Notes: generated from the letters alone by a model not told the origin. A DNA stretch of 64,000 nt from Clostridia bacterium (GCA_017472695.1 JAFUOQ010000010.1:22187-86186); one strand, 5' to 3'; counted from the first letter of the stretch, positions 8,405-17,610 are shown. Translations and numbers: made by a program.

Positions 8405-9058
8405 ATGATTTTTCAAAATGGAGAAACAATAGTATTTGCAGGAGATTCAGTTACTGACTGTGGTAGAAAGCGCCCATATGGTATGGGACTTTGGGAGGGA
8501 CTTGGCAACGGATACGTTCGTATGGTTGATACAAGCCTTGCAATTGACTATCCCGAAAGAATGCTTCGCATTATAAACGTAGGTGAGAGCGGTGCTGCCA
8601 GCAAGGACATGCTTGCACATTGGGAGCAAAATGTTGAAAAGTGCAATCCTGACTGGGTGTTTGTTATGATAGGCGCAAATGACGTTTGGCGCCAATTTGA
8701 TGAGCCAAATCTTGATAATAGTCTTTTAATGCCCGACTGCTATCGCGCAAACTTAGAGGCTGTTTGTGAAAGAACACTTCCAAACGTAAAGGGTATGTTT
8801 ATTATCAGCCCATTCTATATGGAAGCAAACGATAACGACCCAATGAAAAAGCGTATGGTAGAGTACGCAGGTATCTGTAAAGAAGTAGTAGAAAAGTACG
8901 CAGAGAAATACAACATTAAATACATAGACGTACAAGAGGACTTCGATAACCACCTAAAATATCGCTATCCATCATATATCTCATGGGATAGAGTTCATCC
9001 AAACTGGGTGGGTGGAATGATGATTGCACGTAAGATTTTAAAGGCAATAGAGGCATAA
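8405..9058 (+). CDS. SGNH/GDSL-family hydrolase
   Basis: ATG at 8405 follows AAGGAGAAAAC. GDS block (VFAGDSVTDCG) and C-terminal DRVHPN block. The listed upstream extension (8291-8404) only translates repeat modules. Confidence 0.75.
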   Translation: MIFQNGETIVFAGDSVTDCGRKRPYGMGLWEGLGNGYVRMVDTSLAIDYPERMLRIINVGESGAASKDMLAHWEQNVEKCNPDWVFVMIGANDVWRQFDEPNLDNSLLMPDCYRANLEAVCERTLPNVKGMFIISPFYMEANDNDPMKKRMVEYAGICKEVVEKYAEKYNIKYIDVQEDFDNHLKYRYPSYISWDRVHPNWVGGMMIARKILKAIEA

Positions 9059-9065
9059 AAAACAA

Positions 9066-9099
9066 GAAAAAGTCTGAATTTTTTCAGACTTTTTCTTTT
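9066..9099 (+). terminator. Intrinsic terminator
   Basis: AGTCTGA-ATTTTT-TCAGACT hairpin followed by TTTTCTTTT. Confidence 0.8.
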
Positions 9100-9172
9100 G
9101 GATCTTGATTTTATTCGAGAAATAGAATATAATGAAAAAAGAGAATATAATTGAAATTAAAGAGGATTGATT

Positions 9173-10255
9173 ATGATTCAATATATGTCTGCGCGTCAAG
9201 CTGCCGAAAAATGGAATATATCACAACGTAGAGTATCTGTTTTGTGTGCTGAAAACCGTATACCAGAAGCTGCAATGCTTGGTAATATGTGGATTATTCC
9301 TATAGATGCAACAAAGCCTGACGATGCTCGTAAAAACAATGGAGCTAAGATGAAAGAAAATGCACGTCCGTTTGTTAAATGGGCTGGAGGAAAAGGGCAA
9401 CTTGTGGATGTTTTAAAAATGAGTTTGCCCATTGGCTTTGGAAAAACAATAACTAAATATGCGGAGCCGTTTGTTGGTGGTGGCGCATTTCTTTTTACTA
9501 TACTAAACGAATATGAATTACAAGAGGTTTACATAAGCGATAACAACAAAGAATTAATAAACGTTTACGAGATAATAAAAAGAGATGTTGTTCTTTTAGT
9601 AAATTCATTGCAACTTTTGCAGGTTGAATATGACATGTGCAATATGGATGAAAAAGAACAGTATTATTATCATAAAAGAGAATTGTTTAATAATATGTCG
9701 CTTTGCAAAGAGACAAAAATTGAAAAGGCGGCACTATTTATCTTTCTAAACAAGACGTGTTTTAATGGACTTTATCGAGTAAATAAAAAAGGAAAATTCA
9801 ATGTTCCATTTGGTAAGCAGTCAACACCTACGATTTGCGACCAAGATAACTTGTTGAAAATTTCAAGAAAATTGCAAAATGTTAGTATTAATGCTTGTGA
9901 TTATCACAATGTAATTGATTTCGCAGATGACTCTACGTTGGTTTATTTTGATCCTCCGTATAGACCGTTAAATGCCACATCGGCTTTTACCTCTTATACA
10001 GAAAATCAATTCAATGATAATGATCAAATTGAGCTTGCTAACTTTTATAAGACGCTTTCTAGCAAGGGTGCAAAATTAATGCTAAGCAATTCCGATCCTC
10101 AAAATGTAAATCCAAACGACAAATTCTTTGAAGAATTATATTGGGATTTTGAAATCCATCATATTAAAGCATATCGAATGATTAATAGTAAGGGTTCATC
10201 AAGAGGAGCAATTCAAGAACTTTTAATTACAAATTATAAGGAGTGTATAAAATGA
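9173..10255 (+). CDS. Type II DNA adenine-N6 methyltransferase, Dam/D12 class, with N-terminal HTH domain
   Basis: ATG at 9173 lies 7 nt after AGAGGA. N-terminal HTH-like segment (SARQAAEKWNISQRRVSVLCAENRIPEA). Then FVKWAGGKGQL, FVGGGAFLF and VYFDPPYRP motifs. Confidence 0.85.
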   Translation: MIQYMSARQAAEKWNISQRRVSVLCAENRIPEAAMLGNMWIIPIDATKPDDARKNNGAKMKENARPFVKWAGGKGQLVDVLKMSLPIGFGKTITKYAEPFVGGGAFLFTILNEYELQEVYISDNNKELINVYEIIKRDVVLLVNSLQLLQVEYDMCNMDEKEQYYYHKRELFNNMSLCKETKIEKAALFIFLNKTCFNGLYRVNKKGKFNVPFGKQSTPTICDQDNLLKISRKLQNVSINACDYHNVIDFADDSTLVYFDPPYRPLNATSAFTSYTENQFNDNDQIELANFYKTLSSKGAKLMLSNSDPQNVNPNDKFFEELYWDFEIHHIKAYRMINSKGSSRGAIQELLITNYKECIK

Positions 10256-10791
10256 TAAAAAGTGGAAAAGGTGGAGGCAACACAAGAACAGGACTTGTGT
10301 TTGAAGGAAAAACCGATTTGTCAACATTTTTAGCAGAACAACCACACTATAGTTTGGTCGGAAATGATGTGTATTATGATAACAAAAAGGTAGCCGAGGT
10401 TTATAAAAAGTATAAGTTTTATAGTGTTTTTCTTGCCAAGCTTGGAATAGATTGGAAACAATATATTTCTAAAAGATTACTGCCTGATGATAGTATTTTT
10501 GTTTTGCTTAACAACGTGCTATTTATTATTGAATGTAAGCACCAAGAGGTTGCCGGTTCAGTAGATGAAAAGTTGCAAACATGCGATTTTAAAAAGAAAC
10601 AATACAAAAAGCTTATGGCTTCTGCAAATATTGATGTTGAGTATATATATTTGCTCGATGATTGGTTTAGACAAGAGCAATATACAGATGTTTTGAATTA
10701 CATACATTCTGTTGGATGTGACTATTATTTTGAATATATTCCGCTGCATAGATTAGGATTGCCAGTTCCACCAGAGCTTGTAAAAGATTAA
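10252..10791 (+). CDS. Putative type II restriction endonuclease (PD-(D/E)XK fold)
   Basis: ATGA overlap with the MTase stop, and AGGAG upstream. Candidate catalytic motif LPDDSIFV..(13)..IIECKHQ. The gene is sandwiched between two MTase genes. Confidence 0.55.
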   Translation: MIKSGKGGGNTRTGLVFEGKTDLSTFLAEQPHYSLVGNDVYYDNKKVAEVYKKYKFYSVFLAKLGIDWKQYISKRLLPDDSIFVLLNNVLFIIECKHQEVAGSVDEKLQTCDFKKKQYKKLMASANIDVEYIYLLDDWFRQEQYTDVLNYIHSVGCDYYFEYIPLHRLGLPVPPELVKD

Positions 10792-10792
10792 G

Positions 10793-11530
10793 ATGACGAA
10801 GAAAATACCATTACAACCAGAAAATTTTGAACTTGAAACAAACACTGTTTGGAGCTTTCCAAACAGAGGGAAATGGGCAACACACGATGCTAAATATCGT
10901 GGAAATTGGTCGCCATACATTCCAAGAAATGTGATTTTAAGATATTCAAACGAAGGAGACACGATTCTCGATCAGTTCGTTGGCGGTGGCACAACCATGG
11001 TTGAAGCCAAACTTACAAACAGAAATGCAATAGGAGTTGATATAAATCCTGTCGCGATAGAATTGACAAAGAAAAAATGCGAATTTTCTTGTGAAACAAA
11101 CTCAAAAATTGAAATTGTTCAAGGCGATGCTCGTTATCTTGACATTGAAGATGAGTTTGTTGACCTTATATGTACTCACCCCCCATATGCAGATATTATT
11201 CAGTATAGTGAAGATATTAAAGGGGATTTGTCGCATTTAAAAATCAAAGATTTTCTAACTGAGATGGACAAGGTCGCGCAAGAATGTTATAGAGTTTTAA
11301 AAAAAGATAAATTTTGCGCTGTATTAATGGGCGACACGCGTAAAAAAGGAATGGTTCAGCCACTTGCTTTTGAAACGATGCGATTGTTTGAATTGGTTGG
11401 ATTTAAAACCAAAGAAATAATAATAAAAGAACAACACAACTGTAAAGCCACAGGCTTTTGGAAAACAAATAGTGTAAAACATAATTTTTTGTTGTTGGCA
11501 CATGAATATTTGTTCATTTTTAAAAAATAG
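10793..11530 (+). CDS. Second DNA methyltransferase (N6A/N4C type, motif I before motif IV, unusual T-H-P-P-Y)
   Basis: 245 aa. TVWSFPN..HDAKYRGNWSPYIPRNVILRYSNEGDTILDQFVGGGTT (AdoMet motif) followed by LICTHPPYADII. The start lies 1 nt after the nuclease stop. Confidence 0.75.
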   Translation: MTKKIPLQPENFELETNTVWSFPNRGKWATHDAKYRGNWSPYIPRNVILRYSNEGDTILDQFVGGGTTMVEAKLTNRNAIGVDINPVAIELTKKKCEFSCETNSKIEIVQGDARYLDIEDEFVDLICTHPPYADIIQYSEDIKGDLSHLKIKDFLTEMDKVAQECYRVLKKDKFCAVLMGDTRKKGMVQPLAFETMRLFELVGFKTKEIIIKEQHNCKATGFWKTNSVKHNFLLLAHEYLFIFKK

Positions 11531-11549
11531 TATAACATTGAGGTAAATT

Positions 11550-13097
11550 ATGGTAAGCATAGCATACAGTGCGGGGCTTTTTGGCATTGACGGATATTTG
11601 GTGACAGTTGAGTGCCACTCGGCTAGGCGCTTGTCCCTTTTTGAGATAGTGGGACTTCCTGACAATGCAATAAAAGAGGCAAAGGAGAGGGTTAGGGCGG
11701 CTGCTATTAACTCGGGCTTGCCATTTCCACAAAATGAAATAATAGTAAATTTAGCCCCTGCTGACAAAAGAAAAGAGGGCTCGTCCTTTGACCTTGCAAT
11801 TCTTATCAGTATTCTTTTAAGTGGCGAGGTGTTTGCAAAGCCACAAGAGCTTGAGGATGCTTGCTTTATAGGGGAATTATCGCTATCCGGAGAGGTGCGC
11901 CGAGTAAACGGTGCACTTTGTATGGCAGTTGCCGCAAAAAACGCAGGTAAAAAGAAGCTTTTTGTACCCTTTGAAAATGCAAAGGAAGCAAGTGTAGTTG
12001 AGGGACTTACAGTTTATGGAGTTAAGAATGTAAACGAAATAGTTAACCACTTTAACGGAGTTAAGGTGCTAGAACCACAAGCTCCAGTGCCTTTTGAAAG
12101 AGAAGAAAATTTAAATTATCCGGATTTTGCAGATGTTATGGGGCAATTTGCCGTGAAGCGTGCAGTTGAAATTGCAGCAGCTGGTGGACACAATATTTTG
12201 CTAATAGGCCCACCGGGTACAGGTAAATCAATGATAGCCAAGAGAATCCCATCTATCTTGCCCGAAATGACCTTTGACGAGTCGATAGAAACAACAAAAA
12301 TTCATTCAGTTTCTGGCATTTTGCCCGACGATGTTTCACTTATAAAGGAAAGACCATTCCGTTCTCCTCACCACACAATGTCAGCGCCATCTTTAGTTGG
12401 TGGTGGCAAAATTCCACAGCCTGGAGAGGTTTCACTAGCTAACAATGGCGTTTTGTTCCTTGACGAATTGCCAGAATTTAACCGCCTAGTTACAGAGTCA
12501 CTCCGTCAACCACTTGAGGACGGAAAAATCACAATAACAAGAACAGCTGGCAGAATTACATACCCTTGCTCATTCATGCTTGTTGCCGCTATGAACCCTT
12601 GTAAATGTGGCTACTATGGTCACCCCACCCACGAGTGTACTTGTAAAAAAGAGGACATAAAGAAATATATTTCAAAAATCAGTGGGCCACTCCTTGATAG
12701 AGTAGATATTCAAATTGAGGTGCCGTCACTCAACTATTCCGAAATTGCCGAGCGTAAAAAAGCAGAGCCGTCAAGCGAAATTCGTGCCAGAGTGAATAAG
12801 GCGCGACAAATTATGCAAGCTCGCTTTGAAAATGATGAAACTGAAAACGGTGTGAAAATCACAAGAAACGCGCAAATGGAGTCAAAGCATTTGCGCAAAT
12901 ACTGCACCTTGAGCCAAGAGTGCTCAGCTCTTATGGAAAGAGCATTTAAGGCTCTTGGGCTTTCCGCACGTGGCCACGATAGAATTCTACGCCTGGCAAG
13001 AACCATTGCCGACCTTGCAGGAAGTGATGAGATAAAACCAAACCATATAGCGGAGGCAATAGGGCTTCGCTCACTCGACAAAAAATATTTTAACTAA
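11550..13097 (+). CDS. YifB/ComM-family Mg-chelatase-like AAA+ ATPase
   Basis: 515 aa. N-terminal Lon-like domain, Walker A GPPGTGKSM, Cys cluster CKCGYYGHPTHECTC. Confidence 0.85.
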   Translation: MVSIAYSAGLFGIDGYLVTVECHSARRLSLFEIVGLPDNAIKEAKERVRAAAINSGLPFPQNEIIVNLAPADKRKEGSSFDLAILISILLSGEVFAKPQELEDACFIGELSLSGEVRRVNGALCMAVAAKNAGKKKLFVPFENAKEASVVEGLTVYGVKNVNEIVNHFNGVKVLEPQAPVPFEREENLNYPDFADVMGQFAVKRAVEIAAAGGHNILLIGPPGTGKSMIAKRIPSILPEMTFDESIETTKIHSVSGILPDDVSLIKERPFRSPHHTMSAPSLVGGGKIPQPGEVSLANNGVLFLDELPEFNRLVTESLRQPLEDGKITITRTAGRITYPCSFMLVAAMNPCKCGYYGHPTHECTCKKEDIKKYISKISGPLLDRVDIQIEVPSLNYSEIAERKKAEPSSEIRARVNKARQIMQARFENDETENGVKITRNAQMESKHLRKYCTLSQECSALMERAFKALGLSARGHDRILRLARTIADLAGSDEIKPNHIAEAIGLRSLDKKYFN

Positions 13098-13318
13098 TGG
13101 TAAAAAATATGAAAAAGAACAAGATTTTAAAAATCAAATTAAGCGAGGATGTGGCAAAGAAATTTGCCATCGTCGCAGAAAACGAAAAAATGACACTCCA
13201 AAATGAAATCATTTCTATGATTCGCCAAAAAATTTCATATTACGAAAGAGTAAAGGGCAATATCAAAAGAGAAGCCCTCGACTCCGCCAATATGAGCGAA
13301 TATTCAGACGAGGAATGA
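13097..13318 (+). CDS. Small hypothetical protein (possible ribbon-helix-helix-like)
   Basis: 73 aa. TAATG overlap with the yifB-like stop. No motif recognised. Confidence 0.4.
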   Translation: MVKNMKKNKILKIKLSEDVAKKFAIVAENEKMTLQNEIISMIRQKISYYERVKGNIKREALDSANMSEYSDEE

Positions 13319-13627
13319 TGGAAAACAAGGATTTGCCAAAACGAAAACCGAATAGATTGAGATGCTTTGACTATAGCATGCCAAAAGGCTATTTTATAAC
13401 AATTTGCACAGAAAATAGAAGCAAGCCCCTCCCCTACAATATCAGATATTGTTTGTGCGTTTAAATCACAATGCGTGCGAAATTGTAGGAAAACAGGCTT
13501 TGAGGGAAAGCTTTTCCAACGCTCGTTCCACGATCACATAATAAGAAACCGAGACGACTATGAAGAAATCTCAAAATACATTTACGAAAACCCTATAAAC
13601 CGGGAGACGGATGAATTTTATAATTAA
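13315..13627 (+). pseudogene. Decayed REP-associated tyrosine transposase (RAYT/IS200-Y1-like) gene
   Basis: N-terminal piece MENKDLPKRKPNRLRCFDYSMPKGYFITICTENRSK ends in a stop at about 13460. The C-terminal piece, in another frame, is ..IVCAFKSQCVRNCRKTGFEGKLFQRSFHDHIIRNRDDYEEISKYIYENPINRE. The middle, where the HUH motif is expected, is missing. The junction carries CCCCTCCCCTACAAT, which is a GTAGGGGAGGGG REP head on the other strand. Confidence 0.6.
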
Positions 13628-13655
13628 AAGCCCGAGCTTGACTTGGGCTTTTTCT
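13628..13655 (+). terminator. Intrinsic terminator
   Basis: GCCCGAG-CTTGA-CTTGGGC hairpin followed by TTTTTC. Confidence 0.6.
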
Positions 13656-13854
13656 GTTTTCTACACAAAGGATGAAAAATTATGCATAAATCTATTTAAA
13701 TATTACAAAATTTTAAAAAATAAGTCATAACTATTGAAATTTTTATTAAAAAGTGATATTATTACTATGAACGTGCATACGCGCGTGGTTTTTTCGCGCC
13801 TATTTCTATTATGGCGCATCTAAGTTAGCAAAAAATAAAACTGGAGGGTTTTTT

Positions 13855-16800
13855 ATGATAACAAGAAAGAAACAGTCAATGGACGGTAATACCGCTGCCG
13901 CTACTGTCAGCTATGCGTTTACAGAGGTTGCTGCGATTTACCCAATCACACCATCAAGTGTTATGGCTGAGCTCACAGACTCATGGAGTGCTACAGGCTT
14001 AAAGAACATTTTTGGTGAACAAGTAAAGGTTACAGAGATGCAATCCGAGGCCGGTGCTGCTGGTACAGTACATGGCTCACTTGCTGCTGGTGCCCTTACA
14101 ACTACTTACACAGCATCACAAGGCTTGCTCCTTATGATTCCTAACATGTACAAGATCGCTGGTGAGCTTCTTCCAAACGTTATTCACGTTTCAGCTCGTT
14201 GCGTAGCTTCACATGCTCTTAACATTTTCGGAGACCACTCCGACGTATACGCTTGCCGTCAAACAGGTTATGCTATGATGGCTTGCACAAACCCACAAGA
14301 GGTTATGGACCTTGGTGCAGTTGCACACTTGTCCACAATCAAGGGTAGAGTTCCTGTTCTTAACTTCTTTGACGGATTCCGTACATCACACGAAATTCAA
14401 AAGATTGAGGTTTGGGATTACAAGGATCTTGAAGAAATGGTTGACAAGGATGCTATTCAAGCATTCCGTGCTCGTTCAATCAACCCAGAGCACCCAGTTC
14501 TCCGTGGCTCTGCAGAAAACGGCGACATCTTCTTCCAACACAGAGAAGCTTGTAACCAATATTATAATGCTTTCCCAGCAATCGTAGAAAACTACATGAA
14601 TAAAGTAAACGAGAAAATCGGTACTGACTATAAGCTCTTTAACTACTACGGAGCCCCTGATGCTGAAAGAGTTATCGTTGCTATGGGTTCTGTATGTGAC
14701 GTTTGTGAAGAGGTTATTGATTACCTAACAGCAAAGGGCGAAAAGGTTGGTCTTGTTAAGGTTAGACTTTACCGTCCATTCGTTGCAGACAAGTTTGTTG
14801 AGGCTATCCCTGCAACAGCAAAGAAGGTTGCAGTTCTTGATAGAACAAAGGAGCCAGGCTCACTTGGTGAACCACTTTACCTCGATGTTGTTTCATCACT
14901 CGCTATTAAGGGTGTAAACGCTAAGGTTGTTGGTGGACGTTATGGTCTTGGTTCAAAGGACACAACACCTGCATCAATCTTCGCAGTATATGAGAACTTG
15001 AATCTCGATGAACCAAAGGCTAACTTCACAATCGGTATCGTTGACGACGTTACAGGTCTTTCACTTCCTGAAACCACAAACGTTGACACCAGTGCAAAGG
15101 GAACAATCTCTTGCAAGTTCTGGGGTCTTGGCGGTGACGGTACAGTTGGTGCTAACAAGAACTCAATCAAGATTATCGGTGACTACACAGATAAGTTTAT
15201 TCAAGCTTATTTCCAATATGACTCAAAGAAAACAGGAGGTATTACAATTTCTCACCTTCGTTTCGGCGATTCAGTTATTAAGAGCCCATACTACATAACA
15301 AAGGCTGACTTTGTTGCATGTCACAACCCTTCATACATGCTCAAGGGCTACAAGATTGTTAATGACGTTAAGCCAGGTGGTACATTCCTACTCAACTGCC
15401 AATGGACAGTAGATGAGCTTGATGCTCACTTGCCAGCAGAGGTTAAGAAGTACATCGCTGAAAACAATATTCAATTCTACATTGTAAACGCTATTGACAA
15501 GGCTATTGAAATCGGTATGGGTAAGAGAACAAACACAATTCTCCAATCCGCTTTCTTTGCTCTTGCTAACATTATGCCTATCGATGAGGCAATCGAAAAG
15601 ATGAAGTATATGGCTAAGAAGTCATACCTCAAGAAGGGCGAAGCAGTAGTTGAAATGAACTACAAGGCTATCGATGCTGGTAAGGAGGCTCTCGTTAAGG
15701 TTGAGGTTCCTGCTTCTTGGAAGAATGTAGATGTAGTAGAGGCTAAGGAAACAGTTAAGGGCAAGCGTCCAGAGCTCGTTAAGTATGTTGAAAACGTACT
15801 TCTCCCTGTATCAAAGATGGAGGGTGATAAGCTCCCAGTTTCTGCATTTGTTGATTACGTTGACGGTACATTCCCACAAGGTGCTGCTGCATACGAAAAG
15901 CGTGGTGTTGCAGTTACTGTTCCAGAGTGGATTCCAGAAAACTGTATCCAATGTAACCAATGCTCATATGTATGTCCACACGCAACAATCCGTCCATTCG
16001 CTATGAACGCTGATGAGGCAGCTAACGCTCCAGAGTCAACAAAGTTCGCAGCAAAGATGATTGGTAAGGGATGCGAGGACTACAAGTTCACAATCGCTAT
16101 CAGCCCACTTGACTGTATGGGTTGCGGTCTTTGTGTTAACGTTTGTCCAGTAGCTCTTAAGGCTAAGGCAAACGGCACTCCGGAAAAGACACCAATTAGA
16201 ATGGTATCACAAGCTAGCCAGCTCGATCAACAAGCAGCATTTGACTATGCAGTTGCTAATGTATCAAAGAAGGAGCTTCCATTCCAAGAGGTTTCCGTTA
16301 AGGGTAGCCAATTCAACCAACCATTACTTGAGTTCTCTGGCTCATGTGCAGGTTGTGCTGAAACATCATATGCACGTCTTATCACACAGCTCTTTGGTGA
16401 GAGAATGTACATTTCTAACGCAACAGGCTGTTCATCCATTTGGGGTGGTTCAGCTCCTGCAACACCATACACAGTAAACAAGGATTCTCTCCGTGGTCCA
16501 GCTTGGGCTAACTCACTATTTGAGGACAACGCAGAGCATGGTCTTGGTATGTACCTCGGTCAAAAGACTCTCCGTGAAAAGCTAATCCGAAAGGTTGCTG
16601 AAATGGCAGAGAGCGACAAGGCTTCAGACGAATTCAAGGCGGCTGCAAAGGCTTACCTTGACACAGTTGACGATGGTAAGGCAAATGAGGGCGCAACAAA
16701 GGCTCTTATCGTTGAGCTCGAAAAGGCAGAGGCACAAGGTTGCCCAGTAGCTAAAGAGGTTCTCGCTGATAAGAACTACCTCTCAAAGAAATCCGTATGG

Positions 16801-17442
16801 ATCTTCGGTGGTGACGGTTGGGCTTACGATATCGGATTTGGTGGTCTTGACCATGTACTTGCTTCTGGTGAAGATGTAAACGTAATGGTATTCGATACAG
16901 AGGTATATTCAAACACAGGTGGTCAAGCTTCAAAGGCTTCTAACCTCGGTCAGGTTGCACAATTTGCTGCAGCTGGTAAGGCTATCGGTAAGAAGAACCT
17001 TGCTGAAATTGCTATGTCTTATGGTTATGTATATGTAGCACAAATCGCTATGGGTGCAGACCCAGCTCAAACAATCAAGGCTATTGCTGAGGCTGAGGCT
17101 TATAAGGGTCCATCACTTATCATCGGTTATGCTCCATGTGAAATGCATGGTCTTAAGGGTGGTATGACAAACTGTCAAGGCGAAATGAAGAAGGCTGTTG
17201 AGGCTGGTTATTGGGATCTATTCAGATACAACCCATCACTCAAGGCAGAGGGCAAGAACCCATTCTCACTCGACTCCAAGGAGCCAACAGGCGACTACCG
17301 TGCATTCTTGACAAACGAAACACGTTACAGCCGTCTTGCTCAACAATTCCCAGACAGAGCGGAAAAGCTCTTCACAGCAAGCGAAGAGGCTGCAAAGGCT
17401 AAGTACGAAAGACTTAAGAGATTCATTGAGCTCTACAAGTGA
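13855..17442 (+). CDS. nifJ: Pyruvate:ferredoxin (flavodoxin) oxidoreductase, single-chain
   Basis: 1195 aa. MDGNTAAA..AIYPITPSS N-terminus. Two 4Fe-4S motifs (CIQCNQCSYVCPH, CMGCGLCVNVCP). TPP block GGDGWAYDIG. Confidence 0.95.
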   Translation: MITRKKQSMDGNTAAATVSYAFTEVAAIYPITPSSVMAELTDSWSATGLKNIFGEQVKVTEMQSEAGAAGTVHGSLAAGALTTTYTASQGLLLMIPNMYKIAGELLPNVIHVSARCVASHALNIFGDHSDVYACRQTGYAMMACTNPQEVMDLGAVAHLSTIKGRVPVLNFFDGFRTSHEIQKIEVWDYKDLEEMVDKDAIQAFRARSINPEHPVLRGSAENGDIFFQHREACNQYYNAFPAIVENYMNKVNEKIGTDYKLFNYYGAPDAERVIVAMGSVCDVCEEVIDYLTAKGEKVGLVKVRLYRPFVADKFVEAIPATAKKVAVLDRTKEPGSLGEPLYLDVVSSLAIKGVNAKVVGGRYGLGSKDTTPASIFAVYENLNLDEPKANFTIGIVDDVTGLSLPETTNVDTSAKGTISCKFWGLGGDGTVGANKNSIKIIGDYTDKFIQAYFQYDSKKTGGITISHLRFGDSVIKSPYYITKADFVACHNPSYMLKGYKIVNDVKPGGTFLLNCQWTVDELDAHLPAEVKKYIAENNIQFYIVNAIDKAIEIGMGKRTNTILQSAFFALANIMPIDEAIEKMKYMAKKSYLKKGEAVVEMNYKAIDAGKEALVKVEVPASWKNVDVVEAKETVKGKRPELVKYVENVLLPVSKMEGDKLPVSAFVDYVDGTFPQGAAAYEKRGVAVTVPEWIPENCIQCNQCSYVCPHATIRPFAMNADEAANAPESTKFAAKMIGKGCEDYKFTIAISPLDCMGCGLCVNVCPVALKAKANGTPEKTPIRMVSQASQLDQQAAFDYAVANVSKKELPFQEVSVKGSQFNQPLLEFSGSCAGCAETSYARLITQLFGERMYISNATGCSSIWGGSAPATPYTVNKDSLRGPAWANSLFEDNAEHGLGMYLGQKTLREKLIRKVAEMAESDKASDEFKAAAKAYLDTVDDGKANEGATKALIVELEKAEAQGCPVAKEVLADKNYLSKKSVWIFGGDGWAYDIGFGGLDHVLASGEDVNVMVFDTEVYSNTGGQASKASNLGQVAQFAAAGKAIGKKNLAEIAMSYGYVYVAQIAMGADPAQTIKAIAEAEAYKGPSLIIGYAPCEMHGLKGGMTNCQGEMKKAVEAGYWDLFRYNPSLKAEGKNPFSLDSKEPTGDYRAFLTNETRYSRLAQQFPDRAEKLFTASEEAAKAKYERLKRFIELYK

Positions 17443-17463
17443 TTTGTATAAACTAAATAAACA

Positions 17464-17491
17464 AAAAGCCACGAGCAATCGTGGCTTTTTT
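17464..17491 (+). terminator. Intrinsic terminator fused to palindromic repeat unit
   Basis: GCCACG-AGCAAT-CGTGGC hairpin followed by TTTTTT. Same design as 21516-21544, with compensatory stem changes. Confidence 0.85.
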
Positions 17492-17610
17492 AGATCCTTC
17501 GACTCGCTTCGTTCGCTCAGGATGACGTAGCGATTAGACCCATTCGACTGCGCTCAGGGTGACATGCAAATGTATCTTAATACGTCATTCCGAGCTTGCC
17601 GAGGAATCTC
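17491..17610. repeat. Palindromic unit A+B with nested extra left arm
   Basis: TAGATCCTTCGACTCGCTTCGTTCGCTCAGGATGACGTA at 17491-17529. Variant AGACCCATTCGACTGCGCTCAGGGTGACA at 17536-17564. ACGTCATTCCGAGCTTGCCGAGGAATCT at 17582-17609. Confidence 0.9.

Noticed and set aside
8103-8429. ORFs translated from repeat clusters: 8103..8429(-), 8150..8350(-), 17336..17530, 17564..17746, 54498..54740(-), 55817..56122
   Set aside because: They consist of translated hairpin modules that recur in several frames and orientations. They have no RBS. They are artefacts of repeats lacking stop codons.
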